A model generated the notes under the pieces. The model searched no databases. It was not told where the DNA came from and saw only the letters and a list, made by a program, of their open reading frames with translations. This document shows positions 34,792-46,420 of a stretch of 47,481 nucleotides of DNA, piece after piece. The stretch spans positions 1 to 47,481 of the forward strand of contig CBFFRQ010000010.1 of the NCBI GenBank assembly GCA_965644315.1. The letters run 5' to 3'. The DNA is from Caecitellus pseudoparvulus. Its lineage: Eukaryota; Protista; Bigyra: Bicosoecida. Numbering within the stretch: the first letter of the stretch is position 1; each line of letters begins with the position of its first letter. Position numbers and translations under genes: made by a program.

Positions 34792-35093
34792 GTTTGCGGG
34801 GTCCAATTTCCGCACTGGATCCACACGCCCCGGTGCCCTGTACCTTTCACAATGTGAAAAAGGATGCACAGCACTTCACACGGGATTTTCAAGACATTAG
34901 ACACCTTGCCTTGACTTGTTGTGTCTTTGCGTAGCTTCTGCCCGGTCACCGTTTGCTTGGAGTCCTCAGGTGGATTGATGGCAAAGCCTGATTGCTGCAT
35001 TGCAACTGCTGCAGTGCACTGGCAGAGTGGGCCCAACACGACAGGCGTGGACAGAGTGCCCCCCCCCGTGCAAGAAAGGAACACTCCATCCAA

Positions 35094-35160
35094 GTCCGCC
35101 GACGTTTCAGCAGGGGTGCCCAGCAGAGCTGTTTGCCACCCCAGCGTCGTTCGGCTGGAC
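35094..35160 (-). promoter_or_regulatory. SECIS element, form 2, with non-canonical ACGA core
   Basis: Minus strand GUCC-A-GCCGA-A-CGAC-GCUGGGGUGGC-AAA-CAGC-UCU-GCUG-GGCACCCCUGC-UGAA-ACG-UCGGC-GGAC in the MsrA 3' UTR. Confidence 0.75.
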
Positions 35161-35217
35161 CCACCCCACACTGCACGCATCAAGCACACCTGCAGCACGG
35201 TGCCGCGCCCAGCACCA

Positions 35218-36290
35218 TCACATGAGCAGGCAGCCCTTGCCCCCTTGCCCCCCACTCCCAGCTGCAGCTGCTGCGGCGGCCGTGGCTGTCTCAAGGGTGG
35301 GTGCAGCAGACGCAGCCTCGGGCAAGTTCGCCTTGAGTGCGCTCGCGACGTCCTCAGGCAAGCCATGCTCCGCGGCGACCTCATCCACGAGGGCCTGATC
35401 GCCATGGCCACCCACAAACCCACACAGGCGTGCGGCAAGCGTGCTCTTCAGCAGCAGCTCGTCAGTGGTCAGGCCAGCCGCCGCGACGAGCCTGGAGCGG
35501 TTCCGCAGGTAGTACCTGCGAGGCGCGGGCAGCGAGGGGGCGTGCAGTAGAATGCGGGACTGCATAGCCTTGCTCAGCATTTACTTCTGGTGGTAGTCCT
35601 CAGCCACGAAGAAGGTGGTGAGGGGTGTCACGACGGTTGTCGGCTTGGCACCCACAGCCTGTGTGACAGCCTTCACGCTCTTGGCAGCGACAGCTGCCTG
35701 GTCGTCACCCAGTGTGAACAACGCCTTCATGTACTGTCGTGAGCGCTGCGCGCCTCGTGGGTTGTGGGCTGCGGGGCGCAGGAAGGCAGGTCTTTGGACG
35801 GCTGCGACGTGCAACGCCACTGCGCCCGCTCACATGTCCAGAACCAAGCCAACAGGTCCTCATACGACAGTACAGACGGATCGAACTCCACTGCAACAGT
35901 CTCGGTGTGGTCCCCCATGGACCTGTACGTGACGCCTTTGACTTTGCTACCGCCTGGGAGCAGAAAGAAGGAGTGCTTCGGGTGGAATTCTGCAGCCACG
36001 CCGGCACATCGAGGGCCCAAACCACCCACACGCCGCCAGAAACACAGGCGCAGCACTCACCAGCATACCCAGCACGGGTTGAAACGACTCCTCGCATGCC
36101 ACCCTGTGGGGACACCGTGGAGGTGAAATGTAGGGTGACGGAGCACCACGCGGAAATTGGTTGCGCTTGCATCCGCTTGCGGGAACTTGGCGCGCACCAG
36201 CTCAGAGTCGGGGCCCCAGAATCAGGACAGTGCGATAAAGGCCCAGTCATTGCCCTCCCCCTTGTCCTCCAAGTTCAGCGGCTCACACAT
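35218..36290 (-). CDS. msrA: Selenocysteine-containing peptide methionine sulfoxide reductase A (multi-exon)
   Basis: Exon 1 MCEPLNLEDKGEGNDWAFIALS-TGA-FWGPDSEL, with TGA at 36224-36222 in the catalytic GCFW position. Then GVVSTRAGYAGG, GDHTETVAVEFDPSVLSYEDLL, RQY, FFVAEDYHQK|YYL. Ends CLLM*. Confidence 0.9.
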
Positions 36291-36639
36291 GGTGCGTGTG
36301 GTGTGGGTATAGGTGGCAGCGAGTTGAGATGGAAGCCAGCGCTGCTTGGAGCAGAAAGTGCAGCCTTGCAACGGATGGGAGACAAGAAGAAGTGGCCCGA
36401 GTAGAAATGAGTTATCTGATCACGGTTTTGGCGTACCTGTAGCATGTGCTGCCCCCCCGTCCGCGTATACCGGGCGCGTGTCCGGAGTGGACAGTCGCCT
36501 TCACACAGCAGAGCGTCCGTCAGACACCCCCCCACGCCGTGGCGCAAGCGACACTGGCGCTCCGAACTCATTACCCCCTGCTCAGCCCAATCCTCACGCT
36601 GAAGTCGCTCCACCCCACCTCTACCTTATCGTGGGCAGC

Positions 36640-39600
36640 ATGGAGCACTCCCACTCCGCCCCTGTGCCGGGTGGTGGTGCAGCGGAGCAACCCCTTTCGC
36701 AGGGTGACGGCAAAGGGGTGCCAACGCCTGAGCCACGGGGCCATGTCCGCTCCCCGGGAAGCTCTGGCAGCACAGAGTACAACATGCACCTTCGCAGTAT
36801 GTCTGAGGGCTCCGCAGCCAGCACCAGCATGGCCACGGTGGCGTCAACCGCAAAGCATGGACGACGCCACCGGCGGCGCAAAAGCCGCATGACAACTGCC
36901 CAGCTCGTGCAAGCCAAGCGCGCCGCAACATCTGAGGTGCACTTCGACATCCCGGAAGACGATGGCACTACAGAGCATGTTACCATGCACCAGTATGACA
37001 TCGGCCTCATCGAGACGTTCCAGACGCGTATGTTGCAGCTGCCGAACCACGTTCTGCCGTGTGCTTTTCCACCTCACACACTCTGGGCTCACCTGCACGA
37101 ACACACCACAGGAGCCCGCTTCTTCATGTACTTCACGCACAAGCGCCGACACTACTTCCGTCGCCACTGTGACAAGTGCGTGCGGCGGGCGCTGGGCTCG
37201 CAGCACAAGTGCTTGTCGCACACTCCGATCCTGATGCCCCTCAGGCTGCTCTACTACGTTGGCTTCCTCTGCTTCTTCGTGGCTGCTCAAGTGTCTGTGT
37301 TTCAGAATCGGTGCGTGGCCGCAGCGCCCTTGCCCCAGCGGCTGCAAGCAGACCTTGGCACACCCCTCATGTCGCTCCGTTCCCTTTCAGCCTCATCTTC
37401 CAGATGGGTGCTGGCACGGCTGACGCGTTGCTGGAAGAGGAGTTCCCGGACTCCATCACACACGTAAGGCGCCTTGAGCACGTGAATGCCCCCCTCCCCG
37501 CCTTGCCACGCCCCTGCTTCCACCTTGCTGCCTGCAGATCCAGAAAACCTTCTGGGACATCGGCACTGCAGGGGAAATGAACCAGTGGATGCAGGGTGTC
37601 TTGGTGCCTCAATTCTACACCTCTGAGACTGGGTTCAACGATGGCGACGTTGGCAAGCTGTTTGGTCAGAACGCAGTCATTGGAGGCATCCGCATCGGCC
37701 AGCTGCGCAGCCGCTCCACCGCGCAGTGCAACGGCATTAGCTCCAAGTTCCCCTCTCGAGACGGCCAAATTCTGCGCCTGCCTTGCTGGGCCGCTGGAGA
37801 CAGCTGGGACAGCGACTTTGAAGCCACTGGCGACCTCCGACGCGGAGACACCTCCATCGTCTTCCACTACAACGGCGGCCTGTCTGGTGCTGGGCCCGAC
37901 GCTGTGCCGGGCACGTCGTTCTACTCCGTGAAAGGCGAGCGGGCCTTCTTCAGCAACTCAGCAGGCATCCTGACTGACCAAAACATTGCATACCCAAGTC
38001 CTGCTTACGGTGAGTGTGTAGGTGGGCTCCGCCACCTGCGCTTCCAGCTGCACCCCGGCACCTTCTCGCCACACAGGAATCGTACTGCCGCACCCGACGG
38101 ACGTGAATGCCTCAGCACGTGCGGAGGCCCTCGTAGCTGCAGTGGAGGCTGGGCAGTATGTGGATGCAGACACCCGTCTCGTGACGGTGCAGTTCTCCCT
38201 GTACAACGAAAACGTCGACCAGTTCGCCATCTACACGCTGTACATTGAGTTCCCCGTCACCGGCGGCGTCAACGTCGGCAGCAAGAACAACATCGTGCGC
38301 CTGTTCACTGTCACCACTGCTCGCAGCTGGTCTGACATTGTGCTGGAGACCATCGTCGCGCTGTACTTCCTGGGCTTCCTGGTGAACGAAGTGTTCCAGG
38401 TGCTGCGACACGGACTGAACGCGCTGCTGGCCACCCACAACATCCTGCACAACGCCAACATCTTCCTCTACGCTGGCACGTGGATTTGCCGCATCGCAGC
38501 TACCTACGCCACCATCCGCCAGGATGAGTTGGAGTGGAACGCTTCCGTGTACTACGGCTTGCAAGCTGCCGGCAGCTTGCGCACGCTGGCAGTGTCCTTT
38601 GCCGCAGTCAACGCCTTCTTGGTCTGGTTCAAGCTAGCACACTACTTGTCCGCGCTGCCCCAGTTTGCTCTGGTCACGGGAACCCTGTACCGTGCAATCA
38701 AGCCCTGTGTCTCGGTACGTACACGGCTCAACTGTGACCTGCGCCCAACCCCCGACTGCCACTCCCAAATTTGCCCCCGCAGTTCCTCGTCGTCTTTGGA
38801 GTCGTGTACTTCGGGTGAGTAGCTGCTCATGTGCGTGCAGCCCATGGCAGCGACTGCCACCGCAACGCTGCCCCCTTGCAGGTTCGCAAGTGCCCACATG
38901 CTGGTGTTTGGGCAGGAGCTGGAAGGGTACCAGAACCTGCGTGAGACTTCGTACTCCCTTCTCATGTCCCTCGTCGGAGATCTGCAGCTGTTTGAACTTG
39001 AGCGGGTGAATGCCTGGTGGGGCCCACTCTTCGTCATCTGCTTCACTCTGGTGCGTTGCGATTGAAGTTGCTCCCTCCCTGCAACACCGCACCCACCCAT
39101 GCCACCTGCTGCGCCTGCTCAGATTGCAAGCTTCATTGTCCTGAACGTGTTCATTGCCATTGTGACTGAAGGTGCGTCGCAGGCCGAGTGCCCTGCTGCT
39201 GCTGCAGGGGTGCCTTCAGCTTCACCCCTCTTTGCGCTGCACAGGGTACGAGGAGATCCGCGACGAGCTGGCACGCTCCAACAAGTACAACCTGCAGAAC
39301 GAGGCAGGGTGGTACATTGTGGACAAGCTGCGCCAGCTGCCCTACTGCGGCAAGTGGCTGGACCAGAAAGCGCGGTACTACTTCTCCACCGCCCGCCTGA
39401 AACGCCGGGTGAACCGCCAGAGCGAGCGCCTCAAGGCAGTGCTGCGCCGCCGAGGCGTCAAGATCAGCTCCTCTGGCGCTGCTGCCGGCATCCATGGCAG
39501 CAACATGTACGAGCCCGAGCTCAGCAGCATGGGCGAAGCCACCGAGCCCGACCTTCCGCAGGAGGAGAGCACATGCAGCAAGATGTGCTGGCCCTTCAAG

Positions 39601-40167
39601 CCACTCATCCGGTACCTGGAATCGGGCGACACGGCCCGTGGCCTGCCAGACAACACCGTGTATGGCCAGTATGGCCAGCGCATCCTGCGCCAAGTGTACC
39701 CCCCCGACGACCACCCGTTGGCGCGGCGCCGGGTGGCTCAGGTCGCTGCAGACCCAAACCAACTGCCGGCAGCTCCCCCGCCAGGAGTCTCCGCGGCAGT
39801 GGGCCCCGCTGAAGTGGAAGATAAGCCCACCGCTGGGCAGCCCACAGGGCCGCAGGTCAGCACTGTGGACGAGGTGTCCGAGGTGGAGCTGCCGCCCCTC
39901 GGCTCAGCTGTCGGCTCCGGGGGCGCGAGTGACTCAGATGCCGAGGGCCAGGCACCTGCCCCAGCCACCAGCGCCGATGCTGATGCAGAGACGACGTCTG
40001 AAGTGCACCTGGCAGTCGGAAGCGGGTCTAAGGAGGAGGGCGCAGGTGAGAGTGAAGGGTCTCCCATGGTCTTTGCCGCTGCAGATTCTGACGAGGCTGA
40101 GCCCGAAGCCAAGGAGGACGGAGGGGACCGCTACGCAGTCGAAGACACTAAGAGCGCTGGAGATTAA
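36640..40167 (+). CDS. Polycystin-2 (PKD2/TRPP)-like cation channel (multi-exon)
   Basis: NAVIGGIRIGQLR, YVDADTRLVTVQFSLYNEN..F....EFPVTGGV, WFKLAHYL, FASAHMLVFG, GPLF, FIVLNVFIAIV. Confidence 0.88.
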
Positions 40168-40404
40168 GTTCCGGGTTGCTGCCTGCAGAACCTGCACTTG
40201 GGCAGGCTCCGCAATGCACCAATGTCAGGAAGCAGTAGTGCTGCCGCCATTCCGCTGTCCAGGCCATAATATCAACAGGTGAACTAAAATTGCAAGGCCC
40301 CCTGGGATGTTTAATGATCTCCATACACGCTGGCTGTTCAGCCTGGTGCTGGTGCACGTTGACGGGAATTTGCCAAGCAAGCAACGGATGCACGGGGACC
40401 AGCC

Positions 40405-41307
40405 ATGGTGAGGCTGCTGCGCAAGTCGCCATGGTACACACCGACGCCGCACTGCCTTCACGTTTCTAGTGACAGGGCCTGCTGACAATTCTTAAAAAGA
40501 TCAAGCAGAAGGAGAAGGAGGTCCGCATGCTCATTCTGTACGGTGCCGAAAGCTGGCAGAGCACAGTGGGCGTTTCACGCGTAACGTCATTTCCCCACCC
40601 CGCGCTCACAGTGGCCTGGATAACGCAGGCAAGACAACCATCGTAAAGAAGTTCAATGGGGAGGATATTGATACCATTTCCCCCACCCTTGGCTTCCAAA
40701 TCAAGACGCTGGAGTACGCTGGGTGCGTGTCGCTGCGAGGAATGTGCGCGATGAGCTGCTACGCACACAGAGGCCATTCTGCGGACTCCAGGTACAAGCT
40801 GAACATCTGGGACGTGGGCGGGCAGAAAACCATTCGATCTTACTGGCGAAACTACTTCGAGGAGGTGCGATGTGCTGCGCCCGCTGCAGCCACGGTGTGC
40901 CACACCACGCTTGCACCGTATCCAGACGGATGGACTGATTTGGGTCGTGGACTCCTCAGACCGACGCAGACTGCGAGACTGCAAGGAAGAGCTGTTCAAA
41001 GTGCTGAAACAGGAGGTGCGTGCTCCGCAGCCTGCGCTTCAGAGGCGCAGCGTCCTCACCTGCTGAACTGCCGCCGCTGCCCCAGAAACTTGCGGGCGCT
41101 TCTCTGCTCATCTTCGCGAACAAACAAGACCTGGAAGGCGCGCTGTCCTGCGAGGAGATCGCGACGGTGCTGGAGCTGGAAGGGGAGCAGTTCGCCTCTC
41201 GGCACTGGAGCATCACACCCTGCAGCGCCGTGACGGGGGACGGACTGGTCACGGGCGTGGACTGGCTGGTGGAGGACATCGCCGGCCGCATCTTCGTCGG
41301 GGAGTGA
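40405..41307 (+). CDS. ARL2: ADP-ribosylation factor-like GTPase 2
   Basis: M|[21 protein letters not shown]|[44 protein letters not shown]. The ATG mini-exon is at 40405 (alternative 40431). Confidence 0.95.
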
Positions 41308-41569
41308 GGGTGCAGTGTGTGTCTGGCAAAGGCGCCCGTTTCTTTCCAGCCCGAGCTTGCAAACGGCCGAAGGGATCCAGAGGTCAGCACAGCGCACGTG
41401 CTTGATACCCCTGCTTGCGCTTGGGTGTGGACTTGCAGGTCGTCACATCTTCCAAATTCAACCACCCGTTGCACTATGCTGTCATCGTGTGCTGCCCTGC
41501 ACCCCTGCGTCCCACCCTGCAGCCCGCGAGCCAGCCAGGTCCGCCTCTCGCCACTCCTCCCCTTCCACC

Positions 41570-42181
41570 ATGTCCAGCGGTGCCGCCTCAGGCGGAGGCG
41601 CGCGGGAGAAGCAGCAGGCTCTCCTTGAGAAGTTCAGGGATCTTCAGTCAGGTACGGTGTCTGCCCTGTCGCCGCGGCCTGGTCACGCGCGATTGCAGGC
41701 CGCAGCAAGCCAACGCCAATCTGGTCAGTAGCAACCCTGCTGAGCGATCCCCCGCCCCACTCACAGAGCTCCAGGACCTCATGCTCAAGCAGCAACAAAT
41801 GGAGGCGCAGATTAACGAGAACACCATGGTGAAATCTGTGAGCTCTCTCCAGCAAGCGCTGCGGCACGTCTGCTTTGGTAGCGCCGTAACGCTACTGAAA
41901 CGCCCGACAATGCGCAGGAGTTCGACAAGCTTGGGGACGACGATGAGGTGCACAAGCTGGTTGGCCCGGTGCTGGTCAAGACCCCCGTCGCAGAGGCGAA
42001 GACTGCCATTTCTTCCCGGCTGCAGTTCATTGAGGAGCAGATGAAGTCAGTGTCCCGCACACTGGAGGCCAAGCAAGCAGAGCAGGATGCGCTGAGGGCA
42101 GACATCGTCAAGTTCCAGCAGGAGCACGCTGCTGAGCTGGCCGCAGCTGCCAGCAGGCCCGCTCCTCAGGGCAGCGCCTGA
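41570..42181 (+). CDS. PFDN6: Prefoldin subunit 6
   Basis: QQQMEAQINENTMVK, VHKLVGPVLVK...EAKTAISSRLQFI. Confidence 0.9.
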
Positions 42182-42209
42182 GCTCCACGAAATGCACAGT
42201 GTCCAGCCC

Positions 42210-43161
42210 CTACACCAGACCTCTCTCCGCCCACCCCAACACATGCACTGGGGCCGGTGCAAACCGCAGACGAGAGCGCAGGCTGGCCAGGTCCTCCTCC
42301 CACAGCTCTTCGTACGGCACTGCCATCAACGGCGCACACGCAGAGCCCACACGCACTGCCCAGGGGGCAAGGTGCCTGGTCAGAGCCCGGCGCTGGGCGC
42401 TGGGCAGGCGCGCTGGCGCCACGAGGGCAGACAGCGCCGCCATGGGCAGGCCAGTGTGCACCATCTCCAGCCACTTGAGGGCCACCTCCCCTACAACACT
42501 GGGCGGCAAGCCAGACAGCACGTGCCAGAAATCGTGCACCTCCCTGTACCGCTGCATGACGTACCGCAGGTGCGGCTCGTCCACGAACCGGCACACCTTG
42601 CGCTCTGTCGGATCAAAGCCGTTGGAAGTGAGGTACTCGGCATAGCCCCTGCCGAACGTGCCGGGGGGCAGAGTGGCCAGGCGCGCCACGTCTGCCGCAC
42701 TCAGGCGAATGCGAGGCTGCTCTCGCAGCAGCCGTGCCCCGTCGACGTCGCTGGCCATGCTATCATACATGCGTTGCAGTGCAAGTGGTCCTGGGTGCAA
42801 CAAGGTGTGTGAAGGTGCGCGTTCGGCAGCCCAGGGTGCACCGCATCGCTTTCAATCCTTGCTCACCTGTCACTTCGCCGAGTGTTGCAATGGCATCATC
42901 CCGTTCAGGGTCCAGGAAAGCTGTGAAAGCCGCCTCCACAGCAAGGCGCACCTTTTCACATGCAGACGTCGGCACGTGGGCTGCTGCAAGTTCGGCACCT
43001 GCCTGGTGGGTGCCATCTGCACCGGCACTTGATGCGGAAGTTGGAGCAGATCCAAATTCCGCAGCGACGCCAACTGGCGACGTCAGCCCGGTCCACGACC
43101 CGAGACGGCGCAGAGGAGCAAAGGTTCGTCGTGAGAGGACTCTGGATAACTGCCCAAGCAT
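42210..43161 (-). CDS. COQ4: Ubiquinone biosynthesis protein COQ4 (2 exons)
   Basis: Presequence MLGQLSRVLSRR; DPERDDAIATLGEVTG; YVMQRYREVHDFWHVLSGLP...GEVALKW (HDxxH motif). Confidence 0.93.
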
Positions 43162-43455
43162 GCTTGGTCGGCTGCTGAGCCAAGAGCTCACAGAGTGAAA
43201 CACAGGCGTCGAAACACGCTCGCCTGGATCAGTCTTTGATGCATGGAGATGTACCAGCCAGCTAATGCGCTCTGTGCGAAGCTTAGCAGGGAGAGAAAGA
43301 GCGCACGAAAAGGTGATGCACGGGAAAATGAATGTGGTGGCATACAAGGAATGTGCTCTGAAGCTCTGTGATTTCTGAGAGTGGAAAAGTGCAGTGCAGC
43401 GACCGCCACCGCACCAACTAAACACAGCAGCCGTCAAGAGTGAGGAAACAATGAT

Positions 43456-43471
43456 GGTGTTGAGTAACACC
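43456..43471 (-). promoter_or_regulatory. Histone 3' stem-loop (H2B)
   Basis: GGTGTT-ACTC-AACACC preceded by CACCCCCAAC on the minus strand. Confidence 0.85.
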
Positions 43472-43547
43472 GTTGGGGGTGGTGGGTGTGCAGGAAAGGA
43501 GGGGCGACTTGCTCCCCCCACTCCACTGCACGGGGAAGTCCAGGCGC

Positions 43548-43901
43548 TTAGGCGGAGGTGAACTTGGTCACAGCCTTGGTGCCCTCGGACACGGCGTGCT
43601 TGGCCAGCTCACCAGGCAGCACCAGGCGCACGGCAGTCTGCACCTCGCGGGAGGACAGGGTGGCCTTCTTGTTGTAGCGGGCCAGGGAAGCGGCCTCGGC
43701 GCACACGCGGTCAAAGACGTCGTTGATGAAGGAGTTCATGATGCCCATGCCCTTCTTGGAGATGCCGATCTCGGGGTGCACCTGCTTCAGCACGCGGTAG
43801 ATGTAGGTGGAGTAGCTCTCCACGCGCTTCTTCTTGGAGCCAGTGGAGGCGGAGGACTTGCCGGCCTTCTTGGCGGACTTCTTGGAAGGGGTCTTGGCCA
43901 T
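43548..43901 (-). CDS. H2B: Histone H2B
   Basis: [17 protein letters not shown]...[20 protein letters not shown]. Confidence 0.99.
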   Translation of the reverse strand: MAKTPSKKSAKKAGKSSASTGSKKKRVESYSTYIYRVLKQVHPEIGISKKGMGIMNSFINDVFDRVCAEAASLARYNKKATLSSREVQTAVRLVLPGELAKHAVSEGTKAVTKFTSA

Positions 43902-44363
43902 GGTGACGGGTGGGGGTTGTGACACGGGGAGGTGAGCACTGGGGTGCTGGGAAGCGTGTGTGATGGAGGTGGGAGTGTAGAGCGAAGTGGGAGCAAGTGA
44001 GTGAGTGTGGGTTGAGGTGGGCGGGAGAGGCCTGTGTGCACTGCGCCACACACACTGCTCGGTCACTGACATGCATGCACACCAGGCGCATCAACCACAC
44101 GTGTTCTGGAGTTCATGTACAATGTAGACATGTGTGGTTGGCATGAAATATCCAGTGAGCGCATCACACAGTCTGAGATAGTCCCGTGCGTGTGCTCCAG
44201 CAGCACACATGCACACCCCGCCAGCCCCGTCAGCTGCACGGCCAATCGCCGCACGCAGCACACTTGCCCTGCCTAAGCCACTATCAATCTTCCCCACCAA
44301 CTCACCACGCATCATCAGCATCGTCACGTTGTGACCACCGCACACACACACACCTCATCCAAC

Positions 44364-44735
44364 ATGTCTGGCAAGGGCAAGGGCGGCCGCGGCAAGGGCA
44401 AGGGTGGCAAGTCCACCTCCCGCTCCGCCAAGGCTGGTCTGCAGTTCCCCGTGGGCCGTGTCGCTCGGTACATGCGCAACCAGCGTGTGGCCTCCCGCAT
44501 CGGCGCGGGTGCCCCCGTGTACCTGGCCGCTGTCCTGGAGTACCTGGCCGCTGAGATCCTGGAGCTGGCTGGCAACGCCGCTCGTGACAACAAGAAGAGC
44601 CGCATCATCCCCCGCCACGTGCAGCTGGCTGTGCGCAACGACGAGGAGCTGAACAAGCTGCTGGCTGGCGTCACCATCGCGTCTGGCGGTGTGCTGCCCA
44701 ACATCCACTCTCAGCTGCTGCCTAAGAAGAAGTAA
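44364..44735 (+). CDS. H2A: Histone H2A
   Basis: [14 protein letters not shown]...[20 protein letters not shown]; no SQ(E/D) H2A.X tail. Confidence 0.99.
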   Translation: MSGKGKGGRGKGKGGKSTSRSAKAGLQFPVGRVARYMRNQRVASRIGAGAPVYLAAVLEYLAAEILELAGNAARDNKKSRIIPRHVQLAVRNDEELNKLLAGVTIASGGVLPNIHSQLLPKKK

Positions 44736-44808
44736 GCGAGCAGGCTGCTTCGTGCTGTGGCGTCGGCAGGGTGCATCCTGTCGTCTGTGCACAGCAACCA
44801 CCCCCAAC

Positions 44809-44824
44809 GGTGTTACTCAACACC
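44809..44824 (+). promoter_or_regulatory. Histone 3' stem-loop (H2A)
   Basis: CACCCCCAAC-GGTGTT-ACTC-AACACC-ACCA. Confidence 0.85.
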
Positions 44825-45034
44825 ACCAGTATGACGATGTGGGTAGTTGTGCGGTCTTGGAAATGAATTGCGGTTGTTTGCGTGGGGCTTGGAGGCCTGG
44901 CTGTGCATGATGCGTTGAGGTCACAGCCAGGCAGGGTTGAGCACTTGCAGCGGAGTGCAAGCGCACACCACGTGCAGGGTGCATTGATCCAGACCTGCCC
45001 AGCAAGCCAAGCGTGGTGTGGTGCATGTGAAGGT

Positions 45035-45050
45035 GGTGTTGATGAACACC
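45035..45050 (-). promoter_or_regulatory. Histone 3' stem-loop (H4)
   Basis: CACCCCAAC-GGTGTT-CATC-AACACC-ACC on the minus strand. Confidence 0.85.
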
Positions 45051-45128
45051 GTTGGGGTGGTGGGGCGGCGCAGTGCGCGAGCACACACGCCGCCTGGCAG
45101 GCAAGCCCTGCCACGGGAAGCAGTCCGC

Positions 45129-45674
<546 letters not shown>

Positions 45675-45727
45675 TCACTCACTACACACCACATGTACGC
45701 CTCGTCGCACTCACACACCTGTTGTGA

Positions 45728-46162
<435 letters not shown>

Positions 46163-46210
46163 ATGCTGCGCAGCCTTGCGGCGCAGGCTTGGCCTGCCCA
46201 CCACCCCCAC

Positions 46211-46226
46211 GGTGTTACTCAACACC
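46211..46226 (+). promoter_or_regulatory. Histone 3' stem-loop (H3)
   Basis: CACCCCCAC-GGTGTT-ACTC-AACACC-ACCA. Confidence 0.85.
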
Positions 46227-46420
46227 ACCAATGACTCTTGTACAATGGCTTGCACTGCATCTTGTGGTCTGTGAGCAGGCAAGCGATGGACACATGCATT
46301 TCAAGCGTCACTAAATCAAACTGCAGCTGGGCCACGTCAATCTGAGCCTGTGTGAAAGCCAACAACATGAATCACACCGGCCCTTGAGATCTGAGGGTTG
46401 CACGCCGTGGGGGTCTACCC

